From Oikopleura dioica (lineage: Eukaryota > Animalia > Chordata): a stretch of DNA of 64,000 nucleotides. The position numbers and the translations under genes are program-made. Positions 46,829-62,117 of this stretch are shown in pieces (within the stretch, counting starts at the first letter, position 1; every line of letters starts with the position of its first letter). The DNA lies in NCBI GenBank assembly GCA_907165135.1, contig OU015567.1:13082001-13146000 (forward strand), read 5' to 3'. The notes beneath the pieces are model-generated. The model made no database searches, had not been told where the DNA came from, and saw only the letters and a list, made by a program, of their open reading frames with translations.

Positions 46829-48307
46829 ATGTCGGGGGTGCATAATTTGTGCAAACTCGACTACCCAATTTACTGCTGTTCGCCCTTCGAATCGAAATCG
46901 GTCATGGTCGGCGGTGGTGGAGGAGCACTAGGGCCAAAGACAGGCGTTCGAAACGCAGTGGAGTTGCTTGAACTTGACCAGAGGAGAAATGAAGTCATGT
47001 GAGTTCAATGAGGCATTCACGGGGTGAATTTGTTGTAGTGCAAATCCAACGATGTCTCTGGGTCTGGGAAAAGCTTGCGCTTGGAACATGGACACGCATC
47101 GATCAAGACAGCTTGTCGCGTTTGGGCGGGATGGAGAATGCCGAGTTTATCACATAAAGCGAACTCCTTTGAAGGCTGGAGGAAATCAGTAAGGTTTACT
47201 TTCCGACCCCTTTATTCATTTTCAAGGAATAAAAATGGCTTGACGCAACGAAAGAACATCCCAAAAGACTCCAAAGAAGCTCGCCACGCAGAAGGATTGA
47301 TTGGAGGAGTCGACAATTTCTATGCGCAAGAGCAAGCTATTCTGCAAACGGACACAAAGAACTTCCAAAAGGGTGTGAAATTTAGTCCAAATGGACAACG
47401 CATCGCTTGTGCTGGATCTGATGGGTAGGAAAATAGAAAGAGGACGAGCGTCAGTATCTGATTTTAGAACGATATCAGTTTGGGATCTTGCATCGCAACA
47501 AGCGCCAATTTGGAAGTGGAAGAACATCGCCAACGATGAAATCCAATGCATCGACTGGTCACCTGATTCGAAATGGCTTGTCTCTGCCTTTAGAGACGGA
47601 ACAGGTTCAAAAATCATAGGGGAATTTTGTTTATTGACTATTCGAATTCAGCTTTTCTCCATGACGCGCAAAACGGCAAGCTTTGTACGGAGCTGCACAC
47701 GCTATTTCTCATAAGTCAAGGAACAGACGCTTATAGATTCAGATCTGTGAAATTTATTCCAGGTAATTTTATCCCTCTATTCTGCATTTAAACTGGATTT
47801 CAAAGGATCCAATCCAAATGAGTTCGGCATTGTTTCCGCTCACGAGCCTCGAAGAATGACAAAACCGCCGACGCCGTGTCTAGTAGCCGGTTGGAGAGTG
47901 AAACCTCAAGACGAACTGTATCGTCTCGCAGAGCCAGTGGTTGTGAGAGAGCTCGCACAGAAAGTCTCTAGTATGACTGTATCAGATGATGGCAAGCTTA
48001 TTGGGCTGGGATGCTCTGATGGAAGCGTGGATGTTTTTTCATCTTGTGGGATGGAGCTTATTTTGAGGTAGCAAGCAAGATTTTAATGCCGTCTCAACTG
48101 TGTTTTAGAAAAGAAAATGTCCATGACGCTACAGTTACCGCCTGCTGCTTCCTCCCTTCCGAAAAAGAACGTACTCCCGCGATGTTTACAGTTTCCTATG
48201 ACAATACAGTGCGACTAGTTCCAGTTGTTAGAGATGCCACGTACCCAATCTCATTAATTATCTACATCGTTTTCTTCATTATCTGTTGTATTCTCTACTG
48301 TTTGTGA
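46829..48307 (+). CDS. PREB: SEC12/PREB Sar1 GEF (WD40 repeats, C-terminal TM)
   Basis: GGGGGALGPKTGVRNAV, WD repeats, terminal hydrophobic helix. Confidence 0.88.
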
Positions 48308-48711
48308 AGGGTGCATTCTATTATTATTTTTGCTCATGTCTTTCTCTTCTTCCTAATCTTAGCCTTTTTTGTACAGAAATAATATATTGAAGAAGAGAGA
48401 GTTGAGTGATCAGCCTTATTCAATGTGCAATAAGTGAATATTGACTCTGCAAGTAACCTCCTCAGCTAAGAAAAGTATCTTCGACAAAGTTATCTGTTGT
48501 TTTATTTAGATTACAATCATTTTGAATTATATTTCGGTATTTTTATGATATGCTGTTTCAACTGGATGTTTCCAGTCTAATTTAAATATGTTTCTCAATA
48601 ACTCCTAGACGCATTTCAATTTCATCAAAAGTCCGCTTCTGTTTCAAGAACAAACTTTCATATTCAAACAAAGTACCTTCTATGAAAATGTTTTCAATTT
48701 AATTTTCTTAG

Positions 48712-51495
<2,784 letters not shown>

Positions 51496-51702
51496 TAACA
51501 ATTTTATTCCCCTGTTCAATGAAAATTCTCAACGTCCAACTAAACTGTCGCTGCCACATACTGTCACTTGTCCCTTTTTTCAAGCTGAAAGAGGAAGCGT
51601 TTTCTGCCGAGTCATCAAAATCAATTCCAAACAGCTTGAAAAGTCAAATATCCAGAAATTGAAGATTGAAGTTTGTCTCTCATTATCTGCATTTAGAAAA
51701 AT

Positions 51703-52647
51703 ATGTCCGAGAGATATTCGTTTTCATTGACGACCTTCAACCCGTCAGGAAAACTTGTGCAAATTGAATATGCGCTCAATGCGGTAAATGCGGGCCAGCC
51801 GGCTGTTGGAATAAAGGCCAAGGTAAAATGGACATGAAATCAAAGAAGAGAATAGCGGGTACTTTCTTGACCGTGGTTCATGTTAAATTTTAAGGATGGC
51901 GTTGTAATTGCAACAGAAAAGAAGCACAAGTCAGCTCTGCAAGATGAAACTTCCTACCACAAGGTATCCCTATCTTTCATCCTATTTTCACCACTTTTCT
52001 AGGTTGAGACAATTTGCCCGCATATCGGCGTCGTCTACTCTGGAATGGGCCCTGATTATCGCGTCATTGTCAAACATGCTCGACACGAAGCTGCTGCTTA
52101 CAAACAGAGATATGGAGAGGACATTCCCACTGAACAGCTCGTACAGACCGTCGCTGAAATCTTTCAGGTTCGACCTTTCTCCGCGCTTTCCTGCTCATTG
52201 ATTTTTCATTCAGAACTACACTCAACAAGGAGGTGTTCGTGTATTTGGAATTTCGCTCTTGATAATCGGCTTCGACAGCAAAGGGCCGATGTTGTACCAG
52301 TGTGATCCGTCCGGCTGCTACTACCCTTGGAAAGCGACTGCTCTTGGTAAAATCTTTCTTATACAACAAAAGTTGACTTTCGTGTTCAGGCAAAAACTAC
52401 TTCAACGCTCGATCGTTTTTGGAACGAAGGTACAATGAAGACCTCGAATTGGACGATGCCGTCCACACTGCCATTTTAACGCTCAAGGAATCCTTTGAAG
52501 GTAATTCTTCCTATAAAAGCAGCTTCTTCAACCTCTTTCCAAGGACAAATGAACGAATCAAATATCGAAATTGGCGTCTGCGGCGAAAACGGATTCAAGC
52601 GACTTGAGCCTTCCGAAGTGCGTGATTACTTGGGATCCCTCGCCTAA
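51703..52647 (+). CDS. PSMA2: Proteasome subunit alpha type 2
   Basis: [54 protein letters not shown]. Confidence 0.97.
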
Positions 52648-52716
52648 ACAAACAGATCTTCACCTTTTTTCTTCTGTCTCGACTATTCCAATTTTTATTT
52701 GAATCACGGGTACAAC

Positions 52717-53177
52717 CAGGGTGGCTATTTTGGATTTGGGGGTTAGTTGGAATTGGATTGGATCCAATCCAATAAGGTTTGGATGGAATTTGGATGGCCA
52801 GGGTACCGGATTTTGTTGGGGAAAATTGGGCAATTGGGGGAAATTGGGGAATTGGATCCAATAAAAAATATATCGCTAAACTATGCAAAGAAGGGTCATT
52901 TTCATAATGAAAATGAGAAATTTCGGATAAAAAATCATTGTTTTGGCTATGTTGACCCTCCTTTTGGATAAAAACTTACTGTTTCCCTTCTTTTCAAAGA
53001 GATAAAAGCCTTGGAAAAATTGGAAATCCAATTGGATCTAATTGGAATTGGGGATTTTTGGGTAATTGGGTAATAATTGGGTTGGATTGGATTTTGGATG
53101 GATAGTTCCGGCTCAAAATTTATTGGATGGAAATTGGATGGCCAGACCCCAAAATTTTGTCCAAAATAGCCACCCTG
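52717..53177. mobile_element. hAT-type MITE, 18-bp TIR, 8-bp TSD GGTACAAC
   Basis: CAGGGTGGCTATTTTGGA / TCCAAAATAGCCACCCTG; TSD at 52709-52716 and 53178-53185; interior of AATTGG/TTGGA repeats. Confidence 0.93.
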
Positions 53178-53437
53178 GGTACAACCAAACTCACTTTTAG
53201 CTATTTCTATATTCTCAACAATTTTTGGGCTCACGATTCATTAGTTAACAATCCTCGAAGTTCACCGAAAACTGTTGCTCTGAGCAAATTGATAAAAACA
53301 TGTACTTGTAATGAAACACAGCGTTGAAATTGAATTGAAAAGCTACCGATTGCTTTCAATGTGTATTTCTATGCATGAGATCTTTTGGTAGCTTCATGAG
53401 TTTTTTTTTTATTTGCAAATATGGGCCCTCTGTTGAC

Positions 53438-53840
53438 CAGGGTGGAACGTTGGGACCGGGCAAGTCGGGCAAACCGGGCAAAAAATCGGGCGGGCGGGCA
53501 AATCGGGCGGCTCAAGGCTCGATTTTACGAGGTAAAATCGGGCAGTCGGGCAGAAATCGGCGCCCGGGAAAAAGTCGGCGCCCAGAAGAAAAAATGGCAT
53601 CTAAAGGGACATAAATACTGGAATTTTATTTAAAACGTCCGGTTTCGGTTCTCCATGAGTGCCCTTCTTCCTTCGGGATACAAAATAATGCTTTTTCTTC
53701 AATAAATTTACATATTTTTTGGTTTGGGGGTTGCCGAAATTTCCGGGCAAAAGTCGGCGCCCGGGCAAATCGGGCGGGCAAAAAGTCGGGCGGCAATCGG
53801 GCGGCCAAATTCAATTTTCTTGCCCCAACGTTCCACCCTG
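53438..53840. mobile_element. hAT-type MITE, 17-bp TIR, 8-bp TSD CTGTTGAC
   Basis: CAGGGTGGAACGTTGGG / CCCAACGTTCCACCCTG; TSD at 53430-53437 and 53841-53848; interior of TCGGGC repeats. Confidence 0.93.
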
Positions 53841-54194
53841 CTGTTGACTTCTAAAAGCAGGCTTTTTTCTGCAGAAATCAAGGAAGAGAACCCCTGATCC
53901 AGGGCGAAGGATCGCTGACAGATGTTGATGGATAAATGATTTAAATTTCTTGCAGCAGGTTGCATGGTTTGATGGACATTGTCGGCATCTTTACGTCCTA
54001 ATTAATGTTCAACTATCGATTTGAGGTGCTCTCCAGTGGTCACAACGATTTTGCTCCAGAAGGCCCTCCCTTATTGTAATTATTTATGTCTGGATAGGGG
54101 CGCCACGTCCGCCACTCCTCACTTTTAAAATTACAAATCTGATTAACTTGACAAGCCAAACTTTTCGAATTCCTGAACTTTTATTCCTTCAAAA

Positions 54195-55359
54195 ATGAGC
54201 TCGGTCGCTCTCATAAACTTGGAAAACTTCGCAATCGAAGAACTACAGGTGACAGGAGATTTGAAGAGTCTGTTCCGAAAGAGAATTCTAGGGCAAAATC
54301 CCGCTCTTGAAAGTGATGAGAGAAGAACAACTTGGAAATCCAAAGATAAATGCAGAGACAGAATTTTCAACAGAGCTGCATAAAGTCCTGATTTTCAGGA
54401 AGCGATTTGATCATTAGTAGCTATGGTTTTTAACTCGTCGGTACCTTGAAAATCCGATGAAAAATACGAACCGCTTTAAGAATATTTGCATTAATTATCG
54501 GTAAAATAACCTACTTTGGTTTTTATTTCTTAAATCTCTAACCTGATAAACTGTTTAACCTAATCGTATTTACCTAGTGCCGGCAATATTCCTTTTTCTC
54601 AGGTAAAAAAATCGGTCCTTTTTAACTGCTATTTTCCAATCAGCCTTGCTTTCCTGGTCGTCGATTGGGGAGGCTACCTGAAGGCAAAGTTTGCTCCTTA
54701 TTCCTCAGAAACGACTATGGTAAGAGAGCTACTGTAAGTGATGATTTGACGATTTGAAGTTACGAAGTCCTGCGAAGCTTCCAAAATCCCGTCGAATGCG
54801 GTGCGAAACAATGTGTTAATATTTCATGCAAATAAAGCTTACTTTAACTTAGAAGTTCTTGTACTTTTGAGAGATTTAATAAATTATGCAGTTCCTTGCT
54901 AGTTAGGGGCCGAAATGGTACCATTTCGCTCATTAGAAAAAGGTTTAACAAGGACAGACTCGTGCTCAATAAGCAGGGCGATAGGGAAAAACTGTAGGTG
55001 TCCGATAGTAATCCGATAAATCATCGGACTTTTTAAATTCTAACTTGCAGATTGAAACCATATAATGACGCTTAGACTTTCAGGAAAGAGCTGAACTATT
55101 TTTCTTAATAATTTGCTCCTCAGAATGATAATTAGTTGATTGATCCCACTGAAGAATGTTCTCCGAAGAAACTTCTGTGAAAAAATCCAAAGAATGGAAA
55201 AAATACTCAAATGAGTCATTTTGGCGCGCGTATCGCGTGGGCGAAGTCACGCTGGCAAATGAGCGCGGTGAATATTTCAAATCGGAAACTCCGGAGTTCT
55301 TTTCGATTTTTTGGCCCCATGGGGTGTGTTCTGTAGAGAAAAATTGTTACTGTAAATAA
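54195..55359 (+). CDS. Possible uncharacterised multi-exon gene
   Basis: Coding-like segments MSSVALINLENF..., LAFLVVDWGGYLKAKF, WRAYRVGEVTLANERG. No complete model could be built. Confidence 0.3.
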
Positions 55360-55410
55360 CGAAGTGAAAGAGAATGGATCGAAAAGTGAAAAAACCGTTT
55401 GATTTTAGAC

Positions 55411-55716
55411 ATGGCGGCTCATAAATCCCTCCGCAACAAGCTCATCCTCGCCAAGAAGCAGAAACAGAACCGACCTGTTCCCACTTGGTTCCGGTAAGTC
55501 CAAATTTTATTATGAAAAAAATTTATCAATATTACTCGAGAAAAATAGTCGCTGGAAAATCAATTCTCTTGATCAAAAAGTTTATTTTCCGAGGAAATCT
55601 TCGCTTTCTCATTTTCCATAGAGATCAACTGTTCTGCTTTCAGATTCAAGACCGACACCAACATCCGGTACAACGCCAAGCGACGACACTGGCGACGATC
55701 CAAGATTGGCTTGTAA
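55411..55716 (+). CDS. RPL39: 60S ribosomal protein L39 (2 exons)
   Basis: [28 protein letters not shown]|[23 protein letters not shown], 51 aa. Confidence 0.97.
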
Positions 55717-55917
55717 ATTACTCGCGGCCCAACCCTCTGGAATCGCTCTTTCTCCGAGCCAGTTCTTTTTCTGTTGCTCTCTGAACCAGTCGACTCCTAT
55801 AAAAACACCCTGCTTCTATCTACTGAGTTGATGATGAGTTGATTCTCTGTCTCTGCTTATGGATGGAAGCAGATGATAAAAAATAATCTTTTTGTATTTA
55901 TTTTCGCTGCTTATAGA

Positions 55918-56926
55918 ATGGAGATTAAAAAGGAACCATCGTTAGACTTCGTTCAATCGGACAAAATGCGTAAAGAAGCGGCGATTCTCGCTCTGATCAA
56001 AAGCGCCGGAGGAAAGCCCGTTCGCGATGAGGAGCTCCAAAAGGCTGTCCAGACATCTCCATCATGGATAGAGCGAATATCATCAACGAGCTCGTCATGG
56101 CGAACAAAGTCGAACTTGCCAAGGCGAAGAATGGGTCCATGGCGTATTCCTACAAGGACGAAATTAATATTCCGTCGATTGTTTCTGCGTCCGAAGAGCC
56201 AGTTTACAGGTGATTTTAAATTTTCCCCATTATTTATCCCCCGATTCCCCTATTCTCCTAAAAGCTGATTTAGGCTTATCGCGGAAGGAAAAAACCTAGG
56301 AGTCCTGAAATCCGAAATAATGGCTCAACTAGACGTAAAGAAGAAAGATTTGACGCGCACCCTTGACGAGTTTGAGAAAAAGAAGCTGATCAAGAAAGTT
56401 GGAACGCCGAAGCAAAAGTACTTCCTGTACGACGTAACGCCCGATCATACAGTCACTGGCGGTGCGTTTTACGACAACGACAGATTTGACAAGGAACTTG
56501 TCGATGGAATCACTCATATTCTCAAGCCTCATCTTCGGCAAATCATGGGTAGGTGCTTTTCAGAACTTCTCTTTCATACAAAATTTTGAAGATGCCCAAA
56601 AAGCGACAGAAGGACATCCAGCTCTGCTCTTCCGCGCTGCGAGTGTGACTCCAGGTCAAATTGCCGACTGGTTGAATGAAAAACGCTTCGTCAAATTTCT
56701 CCTGACAGAAACCGATTGCCGCCAGTTGCTCGACGCTCTCGTTTTGGAAGGCTTTGCTGACCGAAGAGGCGACGAATACCACGCTACCTTGACTGACAAG
56801 CCTCTTGTCGCCGCTGGACTTTCCTTCACACCGTGTGGCGTCTGTCCTTTGGTGGAGCAATGCCGACCGGGAGGACAAATCTCGCCCGAGACCTGTATCT
56901 ATCTCGACGAATTGCTTGAGTGGTGA
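55918..56926 (+). CDS. POLR3F: RNA polymerase III subunit RPC6/C34
   Basis: PDHTVTGGAFY; C-terminal Fe-S motif PCGVCP...C...ISPETCIY. Confidence 0.93.
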
Positions 56927-57086
56927 AATCCCCATCGACTTGTATTTCTGTATTTATTCACTGTAAATAGCTGCTTTAAAAATTTTTCACTGCCTTTTGC
57001 CTTCAATAAGATCTCATTGTTTGGATCTTAGCTCAGGTCACTTATAGCTTCCTTTTCAGACGATTTAAAAAGGATTTCAACCAAAA

Positions 57087-57456
57087 ATGTCCGCTGAATT
57101 GGCATGCACCTACGCCGCTCTCATCCTCAACGATGATGGAGTCGACATCTCTGGTGACAAGATCGCCTCCCTCCTCAAGGTATTTTCTTTCCTTCTCGTC
57201 TCCCTATTCTTATTTATTTTTCAAGGCCGCCAACGTCGATGTTGAGCCATTCTGGCCCGGACTTTTCGCTGGTGCCCTCAAGAACTGCGACGTCTCCGAG
57301 TTGATCTCCAACATCAGCTCCGGTGTCGGTGCTGGACCCGCTGTTGCTGGTGGTGCTGCCGCCGCCGGTGGTGCCGCTGAGGAAGCCAAGGAAGAGGCCA
57401 AGAAGGAGTCCTCCTCCGAATCCGAGGAAGACATGGGCTTCGACATCTTCGGATAA
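57087..57456 (+). CDS. RPLP1: 60S acidic ribosomal protein P1
   Basis: [39 protein letters not shown]. Confidence 0.97.
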
Positions 57457-57473
57457 TTCTCAAAATAAAAGCC

Positions 57474-59332
57474 ATGCCAGTAGGCAGGAAAAAAACCTCT
57501 CTTCTCAAAGGAGATCATTTTGATCGTTCTTTTTGGTTATATTTTATTCTTGCAGGGAAATTTTAAGCAAAGGGATAAAATATTTGAAAAGTTGAGCAGG
57601 AAAAGTAGAGTGAATCACAGGCACTTCCGCTTTTATGTTGAATCGCGTGAAAATATGAGATGAGATACTCAGATGATCTCAGAAGACAAATTTAATAAGC
57701 AATGGACAGTTTACGCATCTCCAAAAGAGAGGCCAGTCAGTTCTTAGGCAGAGACAGACGAGAAAATACGAGAAGTCACTTGGAAGAGGGTTCACTTTTT
57801 AGCAACAACGATAATCTAGGTTAACTAAACTCACTTTCGAGCATTCAATTTGACCTGTTTTATTCCAGAGCGGGAATGTCTCGAAGAAAAATGCTCGCTC
57901 GCAGAGTTGAATGAGGTTTACGAGAGTGACAAGGGACCACAGTTTCAAAAGGGGCTGTATACTGCTGCGCGGGAGTATCTTGAAAACCTCCATCTTGTGG
58001 AGCAGCGATCATGTGCAGAGCATATCCATGTTGTAGACACGAGACACCAAGTAGATGGGATGTACTACGCTGTTTATGATTACACTATTTCCGCTGTGAA
58101 TACCTACTTGAAGCCGTTCATCTATCAGCACGCGACGATTCCTCAACTTGCTCTAGTTCTCTGCTCCGGTAAGAAAATCAAATCGTTTTACTCAATATTA
58201 AATCCTTCAAGATGATGTGGACCAGTCATGTAAATGGCGCTTCGTGAATACGAAAACTCAGAAGTGCACAAACAGGTGCTACTCAACCCGGCCAGGCGTT
58301 GAGTTTTGCCCAAGCTTTGACTTTTCCAACTTCGGGTACCCTTACAATAATCCTGGATCTCTAACACTTGAGAAAGTTAACTACGTTTCAACTTCGATCC
58401 CTTGCTGGCAGAGTCATGGAACCTCCCACCAAGGTTGGTCAATAAAATGATTCCTTAATCGAAATTCTAAAGGGTGCAAATGCAACCACGAAACCCGTGT
58501 TTGTGAAAGACAGTTGCTCCTGTACAACACGCTCTGGAATCGCTGCGATCATAACTGCAAGGCAGCTTCCGGATGCAATGACTTCAAGCATGCATTCTGC
58601 TGCTCCGAAGAACAGGGCAATACCAGTTGCCCTCCGGAAATGAATCACCATCTCGGCTCTGGATACAAATTCGTCTATCCCCGTAAGCACATTAAGCATA
58701 TTTAATAAAATCTAATTTTCAAAGTCTACTGGTCTGAGTGGTCTCCGTGTCCCGATGACAATAAAGACGATTGCCGAGTCTGTGTAAATTCGGAAGAGAA
58801 CAATCGCAAGTGCGGTGATAACCTTCGACGACGAGGCGAAAAAAAAACGAGCTCCCATTTCAATGCGGATAGAAACTCTTACGTAAGATTTATAGTTGCA
58901 TATGGCACGTTTTCATTTGAAACTTAGAACTATCTTTCAAACCTCCGAAACCTAAACGAAGAGTATCTGGATATTCCCCCTAAAAGTGCTTACGTTTCTC
59001 CGCTAGGTAATCGTCCTTTTCAACCATAACTTTCATTTTTATCGTTTGTCTAGCTTACACAATCCCAATAATTCTCTTCGTCATCATTCTTTGCCTCGGA
59101 ATATTTCTGGTGAATCGCTTCTATCGACGATCCAGAGTCAGGTACAGTTTATCCTTTCTTCCCTCTTCCGAGCATATTCAGTTCAATAAGAGATAATCCG
59201 TCCCAAACATTTGAGCGACCTACTGGCAATCCTTTCGCAATCAACGAGCGCCGATTTAGCGCAAGTCTTCCACACGGCGGCTCACAAGACTTTCGACTTG
59301 AACCTGTTAGACTTCCTCCTTCATTCAAATAA
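57474..59332 (+). CDS. Transmembrane Gla-domain protein with Cys-rich and TSP1-like ectodomain; first exons uncertain
   Basis: Propeptide SLRISKREASQFLGRDRR; Gla LEE..NL|ERECLEEKCSLAELNEVYE; WSEWSPC; TM IPIILFVIILCLGIFLV; tail ending LPPSFK*. Confidence 0.8.
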
Positions 59333-60513
59333 TAAATTAATAAAACAAACAAATAACGCTTTATTCTACATAAAACCAGAATGTATCTCGTGTCCACTTG
59401 CAGGAATCGTATATTCATCTATAGTTGGAGCTCATTATTTTCTAAGTGAAGTCATTTTTGATCATTTTGAGCCCCATAACTTCGGAGCCTTGCACGATCC
59501 AGCGCTTTTTCTTGTGGCAGTATGATGCTATTTTGTACTCCTTCTCTTCAGCTCTCGTTTCACGGAAGAAGACAACGAGGAAGTACCAGACAAGGAATAG
59601 AATGCAACTGACATCGATTATTGGCAAAGCAGGCTGAATTTGGCCTTTGCATTCGTTCAAGAAATAATCCTACTTTTATGAGGCGGTAGACATTAGATGT
59701 GATCAACTCAGCTGCCCAGCAGAAGTCAAAGAATTCATAGAAACAGAAAAGAATAAAAAATCGTAGAGTGACTTTTAAAGGATCATTTGCGATAAATACG
59801 CAGTTATCCGTTTACATAAATGATCCCTTTATGTCCCGATTTTCGACCATACAAAGCGAAGTCGCTAAATTGTCATTTTTATTATAAAAAGTTGACAAGG
59901 GTTACCTTTGGGACATTCAGATGATGCTCAAAATCTCTCGTGAGAATCGTACATGGACTAAAATTCGACAATTAAAATGAGCAGACAATAAGAAACTGGA
60001 AATACATTTTGTAAGGCTCATCTCTGTCCATTCCAGGTTTTGGAGGAATGGTCATCTTTACGATTTTCTTTTGTGTCTCTTTATCCCCCTTGACTTTTTC
60101 TAAAGGTGAAAGACTCTCGAAATCTGCTGATCTTGAGCTCATTCAGTGCTCAAAAATCGTTACTATCGATGAATATCTTCCTTTTTGATGCTTCAGAATT
60201 GACAGAAATCATAGTGGTCTATGAAATCATAATGGACAGGATAACCAAGGATTTAATTGATTGTCTTTCATATCAGGCTAAGCATATTATTCAAGCTAGA
60301 AAATTTTCGCCTACCTTAACCTTAGCTTACTAAGTTGAACCTAGCGAGGAAAATTTGCTCAAAGATAATCATCAAACCATCTGCAAAACCAAAAAGCGCC
60401 CGGTTGGAGTCCAACCTTCCAACTGTATCAGTATCTGGCGCCCTCTTCTGAGCGAACCCCCGCATATATACGCTCCGAGACGAGGGATCCGCAGAAAAAC
60501 AAGTGCAGCAAAA

Positions 60514-61645
60514 ATGAAAAGGTCCGGGAGTTTTGAAGAATCCATCGGCATTCCCGAATCTTCATCAACACCAAAAAAGCTAAGAATTAAGAAACCAGAC
60601 GACTTCGAACTTGTTCACCCCGATTCCGTCACATCCTACGGACAGTTTGGAAAATGCGTTGGACCTGAATGCGACGGGTAAGAATTAAAGGATAATATTT
60701 AATTTAAATGAAGAACTTAAAATCATGACTTATGCTACTGGCTTTTTAGAGTACCCGCAAAGACAGTCGAAATCAACGACGAGAGACTATGCGTAGAGTG
60801 CGTGAAAAAGAAGCATGGCCACAGATTTCTTGACAGAACATTCGACAAGACCGACGCGGAATTCAAATGCCCAGCTTTCAATACCGACGGAAGCTGTAAG
60901 TCGGAGAGAATCTCTTTCCGCGAATTCTACCTCGGATCTTGCTGTGAGCAAGCTTCTAAATGGTTGACAGAGAATGAAAAAGGTAATAAAAATCAGAAGT
61001 AAAATTCTTAATATAATTTAAGCGAAGAGAAAGAAGCTCGAGGTAGTCAAAACTCTCCATGCAGAAATCAAGCAAGAGAAAATCGAGGCAAAGATCAAAT
61101 TTGACGAAAAGGCGAAAATCATCAAGCGTAAGGAGCAAAATCGAGAAGTACTCAAGAGAGAAGTAGAGGCGGCTATGAAAAAGCTAGAGGAAGCAGAAAA
61201 AGAACTTGCGGACGAAAAGAAAGCTCAAGAACCGATGGAGAGAACGCTGGAAGACAAAGTTCGAGAGGTGAACATGGTTGTGAAGCGCTACAAGCAGCTT
61301 TCTTACGAGTACCATGAGGTCACAGGCGAAGAGGACATCAAAGAAGAAAAAAAGAAAACAGGTAGCTTAACTCTTTCTAAAAATATCTATTCCAATATTT
61401 TTTTAGGTTTTTTCGACTTCTGTCGTGTTTGTAAGGAAGAGTTCACTGAAGAATCCCACGGTTGGTTTAGCGTCCATCGAGTGGTGCTTCGACGATGCGG
61501 TCATGTTGCCTGCCACAGATGCCTCGTAAATATCCTCGATCCCACGGATGACGACTTCCCATACGAAGACAGGGGACGGTGTCCTACCTGCAAACAATCT
61601 TTCGGAGAGGAATGTTTGGTCGACATATACTCGTTCGACCAGTGA
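60514..61645 (+). CDS. C-terminal RING (C3HC4) protein with coiled coil and N-terminal Cys cluster
   Basis: CRVC...CGHVACHRC...CPTC; Glu/Lys-rich coiled coil. Confidence 0.85.
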
Positions 61646-61901
61646 ATGACTTTCGAAAATACTGCAACTGATACACTAACACTGTCAAAGACCATTTGCC
61701 CTCTATGCTGCATAAATTATGCATCAACCATTGATTTCGGACTCAAATTTACTAACATCTCGTATTTTGAATAAATTTGATTAGCCAAAACTCGGCAAGT
61801 ACCGGATTATGATTGTGATTACGCTTCGTTGAAAAGGAAGGAGTTTCTTCCGATTAAATTTCCATCTAATAAATGGTCGGAAATGGACTTGAATTAGAAC
61901 A

Positions 61902-62117
61902 ATGACCACTGTAGAGAAGATGGGTGGATCTACTTCTTTAAAAATTAAAAATCAACAAATGGGTAAATCTTATGAAGCAACTTTCCTGTTCTTTCCGATT
62001 ATATTTATCGTCGCTGTGCTGGTCATCATATTTTACCTACTTTGCTGTTGCTACAAGAAAATCACGAACCATAGAAGGGAAAGATACTCAAGAGGAAATG
62101 CCAGTGAAAATGTTTAG
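61902..62117 (+). CDS. Small single-pass membrane protein (tentative)
   Basis: 71-aa ORF with FLFFPIIFIVAVLVIIFYLLCCCYKK. Confidence 0.45.
   Translation: MTTVEKMGGSTSLKIKNQQMGKSYEATFLFFPIIFIVAVLVIIFYLLCCCYKKITNHRRERYSRGNASENV

Noticed and set aside
52595-53965. ORFs across the hAT MITEs
   Set aside because: They are low-complexity translations of internal repeats, not transposase.
54911-54928. Perfect 18-bp palindrome CGAAATGGTACCATTTCG
   Set aside because: It is isolated, with no TSD or second copy in the window, so there is not enough to interpret.
59365-59700. Possible small minus-strand membrane-protein gene
   Set aside because: No consistent start or exon chain could be built.
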